A DNA stretch of 64,000 nt from a bacterium. Its GTDB lineage: Bacteria; UBP6; UBA1177. Under the pieces are notes generated by a model, which ran no database searches, was not told where the DNA came from, and worked only from the letters and a program-made list of their open reading frames with translations. The position numbers and the translations under genes were made by a program. Below are positions 46,693 through 56,061 of the stretch, in pieces (within the stretch, counting starts at the first letter, position 1; each line of letters begins with the position of its first letter). The DNA is taken from positions 9,422 to 73,421 of the forward strand of contig JAFQZM010000020.1 of NCBI GenBank assembly GCA_017405875.1, in the 5' to 3' direction.

Positions 46693-48090
46693 TTATTCAT
46701 TGCTTGAACAAGAGTCTGAGAAAAGAGCCAGCTCTTTGTCGCATTTTTCCATATCTTCTTCAGGTTCATCGCATTCCTGTGAATATCCGCTGTAGAAAAT
46801 GTATATGTCATCGCCTTCAGGAGTGCAGCGGTAAATGTCGAAATCTCCGTTTGCGCAATACATGTAATAACTGCACTCTGCAGGAATTGCTTCTTCCTCT
46901 TCCTCTTCTTCTTCGGAAGTCGTATCACCGCAGTATTCGTAATATTCCTCGTAGCATGACTGCATATTTTCTTCGTTGCACTCGAATTTCCTGTCTCCTA
47001 CCTGATAGTAGAAGTTTCCGTCACCTTTTGTCGAAGCGCAGGCTTTGGATGTTTCGCCGGTTTTTTCGCATACACCCTCTTCTTCGCAGTAGAATCCGTC
47101 TTCGTATTCGCCGTCAAGTGCTTCGCAGTACTGTTCCATTTTGAAAAAACAGTCTTCGTGATTTTCCGATTCGCATTTGAATTCTTTATCACCGACTTTT
47201 ATCGAGTAGATGTTGGAATATGAGCCGTTGAAATCACCGTAAAGGCAGTAAACGAGCATCTCGCCTGTTTTCTGGCAGTAGATCGATTCGTTTTCTTTGT
47301 CATCGTAGTCGGCATCTTCTTTGTCACCATAGATAGTATCCCACTCTTTTATGGTCTTGCAGGTAACTTCGCCGGTTTTGCCGCCGCCGTTGTTGTTGTT
47401 GGAATTTTCTTCTGTTACTTCGTCAACAACAATGAAAGTGTAGTCGGAGAAGTGACCGGTCGTCATCATGATAGGATCGCCTGCAGCAGCGTTCATAATA
47501 GGATCGCCCGCAGCATTCGTCATGATAGGATCACCTGCCGAAGCAAGCATGATGGGATCACCGGCAGCAGCATTCATGATAGGATCGCCCGCAGCGGTCG
47601 TCACATTTCCGTTGCTGATCATAATGGGATCGCCTGCAGCAGTCGTCATGATGGGATCGCCTGCTTCGTCATATCCGCCGAACAGTGCATAAGCTCCTTT
47701 TTCGCTGTAGCTCCATGTTCCGTCGCCTTTCATAACGGCAGCCGCAACAGTTTTGCCTTTTACAGCCTTTCCGGCATTGATCGTGATGACAACGGGTTTT
47801 TTGAATTTTGTACCTGAAGGACCGAATTCAACGATATTGGAAGCAAGAGCTTTTTTGTTTTTGAATCCGTCTGTTGTGTAAAGTGTTACCGAAATTTCGG
47901 TGTCTTTGTCGAGTGCTCCGGCAGGAATTTTTATCTTTGCTTCGCCGCCGGCAACTTCGATTTCTCCGCCTTCCGAAGCGGTAATTGTCTGTGATTTTTC
48001 TTCAACAACTTTCTTGCTTTCGCCGGATCCGCCGCAACTTACTGCAAAAAAGAGCGCTGCACAAATCGTCAAAACCAAAATTTTTTTCAT
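46693..48090 (-). CDS. lipoprotein with seven GDPIM-containing 9-aa tandem repeats and a C-terminal acidic Cys-rich region
   Basis: Signal peptide plus lipobox FFAVSCGGSG. The central repeats are (A)AGDPIMxxA. The C-terminal part has an E8 run and repeated Y..VGD+.F.C.EN...C modules. Confidence 0.6.
   Translation of the reverse strand: MKKILVLTICAALFFAVSCGGSGESKKVVEEKSQTITASEGGEIEVAGGEAKIKIPAGALDKDTEISVTLYTTDGFKNKKALASNIVEFGPSGTKFKKPVVITINAGKAVKGKTVAAAVMKGDGTWSYSEKGAYALFGGYDEAGDPIMTTAAGDPIMISNGNVTTAAGDPIMNAAAGDPIMLASAGDPIMTNAAGDPIMNAAAGDPIMMTTGHFSDYTFIVVDEVTEENSNNNNGGGKTGEVTCKTIKEWDTIYGDKEDADYDDKENESIYCQKTGEMLVYCLYGDFNGSYSNIYSIKVGDKEFKCESENHEDCFFKMEQYCEALDGEYEDGFYCEEEGVCEKTGETSKACASTKGDGNFYYQVGDRKFECNEENMQSCYEEYYEYCGDTTSEEEEEEEEAIPAECSYYMYCANGDFDIYRCTPEGDDIYIFYSGYSQECDEPEEDMEKCDKELALFSDSCSSNE
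47467..47673. repeat. in-frame 27-bp tandem coding repeats (7 units, one with an 18-nt insertion)
   Basis: The units CATGATAGGATCGCCTGCAGCAGCGTT and variants encode the GDPIM repeats of the 46693..48090 gene. Confidence 0.8.
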
Positions 48091-48112
48091 AACAACCTCC
48101 TGAAATTATTTG

Positions 48113-48514
48113 TTATTTGGAATTTTTCTTTCTATTCATCCTTTCTTCAGCCTTTTCAAACGCTTCCTGAATTTTCAGATATCCGGCAACGCCTTCGAGA
48201 AGTTCTACCGGCTCGTCTTTAATGAATATCCCGATCGTTGGAACAGCCTTTATCTTGCACGGAACGATGATTTTGCCGTCAGTGTCCTGCGCCACATTGA
48301 AGGCACCCACCCTTGCACGCCCTTTGAAATCGGTCGCAAACTTGGTCAGAGTCGAATAAACCATATTGCACGGCTGCGATTTTTCCACATAAAAATCAAC
48401 GATTACCGGAACCGTGGAATTTTTCAGTGAAGGATAGAAAGTTTCGTTCGAAAGTTCGACCGGATAGATTTTTTCATGCGGTAAAATACTTTTTAAAACA
48501 TCAAAAAAACTCAT
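48113..48514 (-). CDS. thioredoxin-like protein with an atypical SQPC active-site motif
   Basis: VIVDFYVEKSQPCNMV...AVPTIGIF aligns with the thioredoxin VLVDFWAEWCGPCKM...GIPTLLLF pattern. The N-terminal Cys is replaced by Ser. Confidence 0.5.
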   Translation of the reverse strand: MSFFDVLKSILPHEKIYPVELSNETFYPSLKNSTVPVIVDFYVEKSQPCNMVYSTLTKFATDFKGRARVGAFNVAQDTDGKIIVPCKIKAVPTIGIFIKDEPVELLEGVAGYLKIQEAFEKAEERMNRKKNSK

Positions 48515-49113
48515 TTTTCCTCCGTATTTCCGGAAATCATCGTGACTTTTCCGCCGCTCAGAATGTATCTGCTGCCGTCAGAGCAGTCGTGAGCCTCGCC
48601 GTTTCCGTCAAATTCAAGTTTATAGCCGTTTTTCGAGACCCAGCCGCGTATTTTAGCCGGAACTCCGTAGACAAGTGCAAAATCGGGGACATCCCTGCTG
48701 ACGACGCTGCCCGCGCCGATTAACGAATATTTTCCGATAGTTACACCGCAGACAATTGTTGCATTGGCGCCCACCGAACAACCTTTTTTCATCAAAGTTT
48801 TTTTGAATTCGTGCTTCCTTTCAATGAAAGCGCGCGGATTGATGACGTTCGTGAAAACCATTGACGGCCCCAGAAAAACGTCGTCTTCAACTTCGACACC
48901 GTCGTAAACTGAAATGTTGTTCTGAATTTTAACGCCGTTGCCGATATTCACGTTCGCGCCGATGACGCAGTTTTGCCCGACAACGCACCTTTCGCCGATC
49001 CTCGTGTTCCCGAGAATGTGCGAAAAACACCAGATTTTTGTGTTTTTTCCGATAGTTACGCCGTCATCGACGATAGCGGTTTCATGAACAAAATAATCTT
49101 TTTCAGCTGTCAT
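48511..49113 (-). CDS. hexapeptide-repeat sugar N-acetyltransferase, WbpD/WlbB-like
   Basis: Strong resemblance to WbpD-type UDP-GlcNAc(3N)A N-acetyltransferases (IVDDGVTIGKNTKIWCFSHI...VYDGVEVEDDVFLGPSMVFTNVINPRAFIERK...GANATIVCGVTIGKYSLIGAGSVV). Confidence 0.7.
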   Translation of the reverse strand: MTAEKDYFVHETAIVDDGVTIGKNTKIWCFSHILGNTRIGERCVVGQNCVIGANVNIGNGVKIQNNISVYDGVEVEDDVFLGPSMVFTNVINPRAFIERKHEFKKTLMKKGCSVGANATIVCGVTIGKYSLIGAGSVVSRDVPDFALVYGVPAKIRGWVSKNGYKLEFDGNGEAHDCSDGSRYILSGGKVTMISGNTEEK

Positions 49114-49140
49114 TTTTTCGTATCACCCAGTACGGCACCA

Positions 49141-49160
49141 CAAAAAACGCGGCATTTTAG
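49141..49160 (-). promoter_or_regulatory. promoter motif TAAAAT-GCCGCG-TTTTTTG (minus sense) upstream of the WbpD-like gene
   Basis: Reverse complement reads CTAAAATGCCGCGTTTTTTGTGG, 41 nt upstream of the ATG at 49113. Confidence 0.4.
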
Positions 49161-49247
49161 CAGGATTTTGAAAAATTGGAATAATTTTTAAATTCAAGCT
49201 GTTGAAAAGGGGCGATACGGTCAAAAACCGACGTTTGCCGTGATTAT

Positions 49248-49293
49248 TTGCTTTTTTTATATAAAAACCTTATAATCCCGCGTTTTTTTGTTT
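49248..49293 (+). promoter_or_regulatory. promoter TTGCTT, 17-nt spacer, TATAAT-CCCGCG-TTTTTTTG-TTT
   Basis: A full -35/-10 pair plus the recurring downstream element, 37 nt upstream of the TTG start at 49330. Confidence 0.5.
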
Positions 49294-49329
49294 ATTGTTT
49301 TTTTGATAACCTAGTTAAAGGAGGATTTC

Positions 49330-50904
49330 TTGAAAAAATTATTGATTGCAGCTTCGGTTTTGGCTCTCTGCATCAGCATGATCGTTTCATGCGGCGAAAA
49401 AAAAGAACCCGAAGCAAAAGAGAAAGTTAAACTTTCTTTCCACGTTATGAGTAAGTGTCCTTACGGTGTTCAGGTTATGAACGCAATCAAACCGACACTC
49501 GACAAACTCGGAAACGCAGTTGATTTCGAACTCAACTACATCGGTTACGAAAAGGACGGCGGCTGGATGCCTATGCACGGAGCAACCGAGCGTCAGGGCG
49601 ACAAAATCTTCCTCTGCGCTAAAAAACACATGCCGAAAGACTACATGAATCTTATCGTCTGCATGAACAAAGAATCGAGAAAGATTCCCGAAAATTTTGA
49701 AAGCTGCGCTAAAGAACTCAACCTCGACATCGCTAAAGTCAATGCGTGCAAAGACGGCGACGAAGGTGAGAACATTCTTCTTGAAAGCTACAAATTTTCG
49801 AAATCGAAAGGCGCAAACGGTTCGCCCACGATTTTCCTTGCTGATCAGCCCTACAGAGGCGGAAGAACTTCCAACGATTTCCTGAGAGCGATCTGCAACG
49901 AATACAAAACCGCGAAACCGGAAGTCTGCAGCTCGATTCCTGAACCTGCAAAAGTAAAAGTTACCGTCATTTCCGACAAAAGATGCAAAGACTGCAGACC
50001 AGAAGCTTTGATCGGCCAGCTTAAAAACATGTTCCCCGGACTTATTCCGGAAACCATCGACTACTCCGATGAAAAAGCTCAGGAACAGTACAAAAAGTTT
50101 GCAGAAGCAGGCTTCAAAACCCTTCCTATCATAGCTTTTGAAGAATCAGTCGAAAAAGAGGAAGAATACCAGAAAATCGCACGTTGGGCTGTAAAAGCAG
50201 GAGGAGCAATCCTTCTTCGAGTCGGCGCAAAATTCGACCCGACCAAAGAGATCTGCGACAACGGAATGGATGATACCGGCAACGGCAAAGTTGACTGTGC
50301 CGATGACGACTGCAAAGAAGAAATGCTCTGCAGAAAAGAGATCCCGGGAAGAATCGACCTTTTCGTTATGAGCCAGTGCCCCTACGGTGTTATGGCGCTC
50401 AACGCAATGAAAGAAGTTTTCGAAGCTTTCAAAGACGACAAACTTGACTTCCACGTAAACTACATCGCAAACGAGACCGAACCCGGCAAATTCAATGCTC
50501 TTCACGGCCAGGGCGAAGTTGACGAGAACATCCGTGAACTCTGCGCGATCAAGCACTATCCGAAAGATTACATGAACTACATCTGGTGCCGCAACGAGAA
50601 CATCAGAGGAACCGACTGGCAGAAATGCGCAACCGGCAAAATCAAAGCTGATGTCATCGAAAAATGCTTCAACGGCGGCGAAGGTGTAAAACTTCACAGC
50701 GAAAACATCAAAATCGGAAACAAAATGGGAATCGGCGGCAGCCCGACATGGATTTTCAACAACAAATTCCAGGGCGGCGGCGTTGCTGCAAACGACATCC
50801 AGAGACAGATCTGCGCTCACAACAAAGATCTTAAAGGCTGTGCAGCTGACAAAGCTATCAAAGCCGGCGACAAACCTGCTCCTCAGGGCGGCTGCGGCGA
50901 ATAA
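49330..50904 (+). CDS. lipoprotein with two tandem DsbA-like thioredoxin-fold domains carrying monothiol CPYG motifs
   Basis: TTG start with RBS AAGGAGGA 5 nt upstream. Signal peptide plus lipobox IVSCGE. There is an internal duplication (HVMSKCPYGVQVMNAIKP...GANGSPTIFLADQPYRGG and FVMSQCPYGVMALNAMKE...GIGGSPTWIFNNKFQGGG). The GxxG[ST]PT block resembles the DsbA cis-Pro loop. A Cys-rich linker DCADDDCKEEMLC joins the domains. Confidence 0.6.
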   Translation: MKKLLIAASVLALCISMIVSCGEKKEPEAKEKVKLSFHVMSKCPYGVQVMNAIKPTLDKLGNAVDFELNYIGYEKDGGWMPMHGATERQGDKIFLCAKKHMPKDYMNLIVCMNKESRKIPENFESCAKELNLDIAKVNACKDGDEGENILLESYKFSKSKGANGSPTIFLADQPYRGGRTSNDFLRAICNEYKTAKPEVCSSIPEPAKVKVTVISDKRCKDCRPEALIGQLKNMFPGLIPETIDYSDEKAQEQYKKFAEAGFKTLPIIAFEESVEKEEEYQKIARWAVKAGGAILLRVGAKFDPTKEICDNGMDDTGNGKVDCADDDCKEEMLCRKEIPGRIDLFVMSQCPYGVMALNAMKEVFEAFKDDKLDFHVNYIANETEPGKFNALHGQGEVDENIRELCAIKHYPKDYMNYIWCRNENIRGTDWQKCATGKIKADVIEKCFNGGEGVKLHSENIKIGNKMGIGGSPTWIFNNKFQGGGVAANDIQRQICAHNKDLKGCAADKAIKAGDKPAPQGGCGE

Positions 50905-50944
50905 ACCGAAAATCTGATTCCAAAACAATCCCGAAAATTTTTAT

Positions 50945-50973
50945 GTAGAGACGCCATAATATGACGTCTCTAC
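50945..50973. terminator. hairpin GTAGAGACG-(11-nt loop)-CGTCTCTAC between convergent genes
   Basis: A perfect 9-bp inverted repeat with A/T-rich flanks on the minus-strand side. It is a likely terminator for trkH and possibly bidirectional. Confidence 0.5.
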
Positions 50974-50987
50974 GCGGATTTCATTGA

Positions 50988-52439
50988 TTATTTCTTCCAG
51001 AAAGCTCTTGTGAAGATCACCATGACGGTGAAGACTTCAAGTCTTCCCATGATCATCGCGACTGATAAAAACCACTTTACCCAGTCTTTAAAGAAGTGAT
51101 AGTTGTCAACCGGACCGATCCTGCCGAATCCGGGACCGATATTTCCTACAGTCGAAAGTGCAGCCGTGAACGATGTGAGAACTCCGACACCAGACAAAGC
51201 GCAGATGCACGCCGTGGTTAGAACGCAGACAGCGTAAAGAAAGACGAATGCCGAAATCGAGTAGATCATGTCTTTTTTGATAACGTTGCCGTCTATGAAA
51301 ATCGTCATAATGGCTTTCGGGTGAATGAGGTATTTCAGTTCGTTTACGGCAAGTTTCATCAATGTGACTATGCGGATAATTTTTACGCCGCCGCTTGTTG
51401 AACCGCTGCAGGCGCCTGAAAACATTAAGAGAAAAATAATATATTGGGCGAAAGACGGCCACTGTTTATAGTCGGCAGTCGCAAAACCGGTCGTTGTGAT
51501 AATCGAAGAAACCTGGAAAAATGCCTGTCTGATCGAATCGTGAACCGAATAGACATGGTGGTAATAAAGATCGCCGGCGACAAACAGCGAACCGACTGCG
51601 ATAATCGCGAGATAAACCTTAAGCTCGGTGTTTTTGAAAATCTGACGGACTCTTCCGGTAATGATTTTGTAGTGCAGAGTGAAGCTCATTCCGGCAAGAA
51701 TCATAAAAACTATGACAATCCATTCGATAAAAGCGGAATGATATGCGCCGACCGACTCGTTTTTCGGAGAAAATCCGCCTGTTGCAATTGTCGCAAGAGC
51801 GTGATTGAAAGCGTCGAAATACGGCATTCCGGCAAAATTGAGAAGCATCGCCTCAACGACAGTCATTCCGATGTAGATTCCCCAGAGCGTTTTTGCAGTT
51901 TCGCTTATTCTGGGCGAGATTTTATCAACTGTAGGTCCCGGAGCTTCGGCTTTCAGCAGCTGCAGACCTCCGACACCCAAAAGCGGAAGGACTGCGACCG
52001 CGAGAACGATGATTCCCATACCGCCGAGCCAGTGAGTCAGACTGCGCCAGAAGAGCATCGACTTCGGCAGAGACTCGATATCGGTCAGAATCGTCGCACC
52101 GGTTGTGGAAAAACCTGAAACAGTTTCAAAAAAAGCCTCGGAAAAGTTCGGTATCGCTCCAGAAACATAGAAAGGAAGCGCCGAAATGAATGAAATCGAA
52201 AACCAGCAGAGAGCGACCAAAACGAAACTTTCCCTGATTGCTATCCGGTGTATCGGCATATTTCTCAAAAAATAAAAAATCACGGCGCAGACTGTTGCCA
52301 CGGAAATCATGACGCTGAAGAACGATTTCAAAGCAGCCGGTTCGTCGTAGTACACAGCTATCAAAAGAGGAGCCGCCATGCAGAGAGCAACGAAAAAGAG
52401 TATTATAATCAGTGGTTTGAGTATTGTGCTAAAGTTCAT
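50988..52439 (-). CDS. trkH: Trk/Ktr-type K+ transporter membrane subunit
   Basis: Repeated selectivity-filter-like loops (FSTTGAT, TGGFS, TTTGFA, GGVKI) and about 10-12 TM helices. Confidence 0.85.
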   Translation of the reverse strand: MNFSTILKPLIIILFFVALCMAAPLLIAVYYDEPAALKSFFSVMISVATVCAVIFYFLRNMPIHRIAIRESFVLVALCWFSISFISALPFYVSGAIPNFSEAFFETVSGFSTTGATILTDIESLPKSMLFWRSLTHWLGGMGIIVLAVAVLPLLGVGGLQLLKAEAPGPTVDKISPRISETAKTLWGIYIGMTVVEAMLLNFAGMPYFDAFNHALATIATGGFSPKNESVGAYHSAFIEWIVIVFMILAGMSFTLHYKIITGRVRQIFKNTELKVYLAIIAVGSLFVAGDLYYHHVYSVHDSIRQAFFQVSSIITTTGFATADYKQWPSFAQYIIFLLMFSGACSGSTSGGVKIIRIVTLMKLAVNELKYLIHPKAIMTIFIDGNVIKKDMIYSISAFVFLYAVCVLTTACICALSGVGVLTSFTAALSTVGNIGPGFGRIGPVDNYHFFKDWVKWFLSVAMIMGRLEVFTVMVIFTRAFWKK

Positions 52440-53797
52440 AGGTCGGAAAATATAGCTTCAACTTTGGGAACATTCTGCTTTTTCATAATTATGATGACGC
52501 TGTCGCCCGCCCTCATTTCAAAATCGCCGTTGGGAATCGAAATCTCTTTGTTTCGGGTAATCGCGGCAATAATCGAATTTTCCGGCATATTGAGCTCCTT
52601 TATCTTTTTGCCGCATGCGTTGCATTCAGGCGAAACGAGGATCTCGACCGCTTCAGCTTCTCCGTCGAAAAGAGTGTGGAGCGTGATTATCCTGCCGCGT
52701 CTGATGTATTTCAGAATCGCGTCGACTGTGCTTCGCTTCGGGCTGACCGTTGCGTCAACGCCCAGTTTCTGAGCAATAGAAATGTAGCTTTCCTTGCTGA
52801 CAGAAGCGATCGCCCTTTCGACTCCGATGCTTTTTGCGTAAAGTGCCGAAAGAACGTTGAGTTCCTGATTTTCAGTGACCATGATGATGAGATCGACTTC
52901 GTTCAGGCGTTCTTCATCGAAAATCGACTCGTTTCTGACATCGCCGTTAATTACAAGGACGTTCGGGTATCTTCTCGAAATATCTTTCGCTTCTTCGTAG
53001 TCTTCGGAAAGAAGTTTCAAATTTATCGGCATCATCGAAAGGGTTCGAAGAAGGCTTTTTGCGATTTTCGTCGTTCCGACAATGAGAGCCGTTTCGATTT
53101 TTTTCATCTTTTTGCCTGTTCTGGCAAAGACATAATCCATAGTTTTTTCATCTGCGACGATATAGATTTCGTCACCTTCGCGGACAACCGTGTTTCCCGA
53201 AGGAATAAGCACCGATTCACCGCGTTTTATCAGGGCTATGAGGAAAGATTTATTTATCTCTTTTCTGATTTTTATAAGGTTTTTGTTCCTGAATGACGAA
53301 TTTTTGTCGACGATTTCGTTTCTGACGGTGATATTGCTCCCTTCAAATGCGAGAACATCGCTCAAAGCGCCCTGTTTTACGATTTCGGTAATGTGGTTCG
53401 CCGCCGCCATTTCGGGCGAAATGATGTAGTCGGCACCAAGAAACGGACTTCCCTGGAATTCGGCGTGAGAGTAGTCGAGGTTACTGACTCTGGCGATTTT
53501 CCTGAGTTTCAGCATCGATCCGTCGGGAGAAGATGAAGCCGCAATCGAGCACGCGATGAGGTTTGTTTCATCCTTGTTCGTCGCCGCGATGAAGTAGTCG
53601 CCGTCTGCAAGGTCGATTTCCTGCATCGTCTGGCTGCGGTTTATCTCTTTGTTGATGACCATGCAGTCAAGGTTGCTTTCGAGAAACTTGGCGCGGATCG
53701 GATCACGCTCGATGATAATAACGTCTTTTCCCTCTTTGATGAGGTGTCTGGCAATATCGTAGCCGACGGCACCCGCGCCTGCAATTACGAATTTCAT
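52436..53797 (-). CDS. trkA: Trk system NAD-binding regulatory subunit (two TrkA-N/TrkA-C repeats)
   Basis: MKFVIAGAGAVGYDIARHL and a second Rossmann ALIVGTTKIAKSL with two RCK C-terminal domains. The start was set at MKF with GGAG upstream. It overlaps the trkH start by 4 nt. Confidence 0.85.
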   Translation of the reverse strand: MKFVIAGAGAVGYDIARHLIKEGKDVIIIERDPIRAKFLESNLDCMVINKEINRSQTMQEIDLADGDYFIAATNKDETNLIACSIAASSSPDGSMLKLRKIARVSNLDYSHAEFQGSPFLGADYIISPEMAAANHITEIVKQGALSDVLAFEGSNITVRNEIVDKNSSFRNKNLIKIRKEINKSFLIALIKRGESVLIPSGNTVVREGDEIYIVADEKTMDYVFARTGKKMKKIETALIVGTTKIAKSLLRTLSMMPINLKLLSEDYEEAKDISRRYPNVLVINGDVRNESIFDEERLNEVDLIIMVTENQELNVLSALYAKSIGVERAIASVSKESYISIAQKLGVDATVSPKRSTVDAILKYIRRGRIITLHTLFDGEAEAVEILVSPECNACGKKIKELNMPENSIIAAITRNKEISIPNGDFEMRAGDSVIIIMKKQNVPKVEAIFSDL

Positions 53798-53954
53798 TAA
53801 AACTCCAAGAACATTGAAAAAACCTGCAATATTACGATTGAAAGGCAAAATGTCAATTTTTGGGCAATGGCGCATATTTTACTTTCAATATGATTAATTA
53901 GTGATAATATATGGAGCTTGTTTGAGTTTTTTAGCATTTTGCGGGAGAGTTGAC

Positions 53955-56033
53955 ATGGTTGATGACTACAAAATCGGGATACGAAAAAATCATCGGAATG
54001 TTATTATTCTCTGTATCGCTTCCGTTCTGATAAACGTCGTCTTTGCGCGTCTGGCACAGTTCTTATCGCAGAATTTCGGCATGCAGCTCTGGTTCGACAC
54101 TATCGGAACCGTTCTCGCAGCAGCAATGGGCGGCTACCTTCCGGGCATTTTTGTCGGTCTTGTCACAAATTTCATGAAAGGTTTCATGGATTTTGCCTCT
54201 ATATACTACTCCGCGATGAATGTCCTTATCGCCGCGACTTCAGCCCTTCTGGCAAACCACGGATTTTTAACGAAAAAGTGGAAAATCCCGTTTTTCATAC
54301 TTGTCATGGCTTTCATCGGCGGTGTTCTCGGCGGTATCCTTCCAAGCATCGTCAACTCCATTCCGACTGCCGGTTTTCTGAACGATCTGCTGTGGGATCT
54401 TGTGGATAAGACCATTTCAGTACTCTTAGTCGTCGCAATCGTCAGGGCGATCCCGCCTGCGACCAGAGAAACGCTTCGTTTCAACGGCTGGAAACAGGCG
54501 CCGCTTACGAAAAGCGATCTGGAGGAGATCAAAAAGACGATCCAGTGCCGTTCCGTTTTTTTAAGATCAAAAATCATTTTCATTCTGGCAGCAGCGCTTG
54601 TCACCCTGGCCGTAACAGCGTCAACGATCAGCTTTGTACTCTACAGGAACGCGCTTATCACTGAATATTCCGAATTCGCCCGCGAGGTGACCATTGCAAT
54701 CTCAGAGGTTTTGGATCACGAAAAGATCGACGAATACATCTCAAGCAAAGGTGCTGACCCGGAATATCTCGAAGTCATGCACAAACTTGAAGATATAAAG
54801 ACTACCGCTCCGACTGTAAAATTCATCTACATCTACAAAATAGAAGAGGACGGCGGACACGTGGTTTTCGACCTTCATTCCAACAATGAGGAAGATTCCG
54901 TTCCCGGCAAACTTGTAAAATTCGACTCCGCTTTCGAGCCTTATCTTCCTACACTTCTGGAAGGAGGCGAGATAGAACCGGTCATTTCCGACAGCGACTT
55001 TGGGCGGCTCCTTTCGGTTTACACTCCCGTCAAAAATTCTGCCGGAAAAACTGTAAGCTACATCGGGGCGGACATCCCAATGTCAATGATAGTCGGAAAA
55101 GAGCTGAACTTCCTGACTCAGATGGTATTCCTCTTCCTGGGTTTCGTGATCCTTATCATTGCGATCGTTGTCTGGTTTGTCGATTTCAACGTCGTTTTCC
55201 CGATCAACTCAATGACGATGCGGACAAGCGAGTTCGCCTACAGCGGCAGCAACGCGCTCGGCGAAAACGTCGAGAAGATCAAACGTCTTGACATCCACAC
55301 CGGAGACGAGGTCGAAAACCTGTATAAGGCTTTCACCAAGATGACCGAAGACACAATGGGTTATGTCGATAAGATCGTCAGTTCGGCTGAGAAGATCGCA
55401 CAGATAAACAGCACTTTCGGAAAGGTCGTTTCGCCTCAGGTCAGGGATTTCCTGCTTTCCGATAACCCCGACCTCGGCGGTCAGGATATCGATGTCACCG
55501 TAATGTTCTGCGATATACGCGGTTTTACCACCATATCAGAAAGACTCGAACCAAAAGAAATAGTTTCGATGCTGAACCGCTATTTCACCCGTCTCGAGAA
55601 ACCGATCGTCGAAAACGGCGGAATCATAAACAAGTATATCGGCGACGCTATAATGGCTGTTTTCGGAGTTCCGTTGCAGTCGGAAACCCATGCCTACGAT
55701 GCATGGAAAGCCGCACAGGGAATGAGAGCGCAGCTTGCAGCTCTCAACGAGGAGCTGAAAAACGAAGGACGGCAGGAAATCCGCTTCGGAATAGGTTTAT
55801 GTTCCGGTAAAGTTCTTGCCGGAAATATCGGAACTGCGAACCGGCTTGAATACACCGTTATCGGCGACACCGTAAACACTGCAAGCCGCATCGAGAGCCT
55901 TTGCAAAACTTACAAAACAGATCTGCTTATTTCCGAGCAGACGAAAGAACTTCTTCCTGACGACGTATCGCTTACATTCATCGCAGAATCAGAGATCCGC
56001 GGAAAAGAGAAAAAAATCAAACTTTATTCTTAA
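53955..56033 (+). CDS. membrane-bound class III adenylate/guanylate cyclase with an N-terminal polytopic sensor domain
   Basis: The C-terminal cyclase domain carries VTVMFCDIRGFTTISE...KYIGDAIMAVFG...GIGLCSGKVLAGNIG...YTVIGDTVNTASRIE. N-terminal TM helices and an extracytoplasmic segment precede it. The start was set at MVDDYK with GGGAGAG upstream; the track start is a GTG 18 codons earlier. Confidence 0.75.
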   Translation: MVDDYKIGIRKNHRNVIILCIASVLINVVFARLAQFLSQNFGMQLWFDTIGTVLAAAMGGYLPGIFVGLVTNFMKGFMDFASIYYSAMNVLIAATSALLANHGFLTKKWKIPFFILVMAFIGGVLGGILPSIVNSIPTAGFLNDLLWDLVDKTISVLLVVAIVRAIPPATRETLRFNGWKQAPLTKSDLEEIKKTIQCRSVFLRSKIIFILAAALVTLAVTASTISFVLYRNALITEYSEFAREVTIAISEVLDHEKIDEYISSKGADPEYLEVMHKLEDIKTTAPTVKFIYIYKIEEDGGHVVFDLHSNNEEDSVPGKLVKFDSAFEPYLPTLLEGGEIEPVISDSDFGRLLSVYTPVKNSAGKTVSYIGADIPMSMIVGKELNFLTQMVFLFLGFVILIIAIVVWFVDFNVVFPINSMTMRTSEFAYSGSNALGENVEKIKRLDIHTGDEVENLYKAFTKMTEDTMGYVDKIVSSAEKIAQINSTFGKVVSPQVRDFLLSDNPDLGGQDIDVTVMFCDIRGFTTISERLEPKEIVSMLNRYFTRLEKPIVENGGIINKYIGDAIMAVFGVPLQSETHAYDAWKAAQGMRAQLAALNEELKNEGRQEIRFGIGLCSGKVLAGNIGTANRLEYTVIGDTVNTASRIESLCKTYKTDLLISEQTKELLPDDVSLTFIAESEIRGKEKKIKLYS

Positions 56034-56061
56034 AGATTTTCGTGCCGTAATGGCAGACTTT

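Noticed and set aside
47467-47673. possible CRISPR-like array
   Set aside because: The 27-bp units are contiguous with no spacers and are in-frame coding repeats of a lipoprotein. No cas genes are present.
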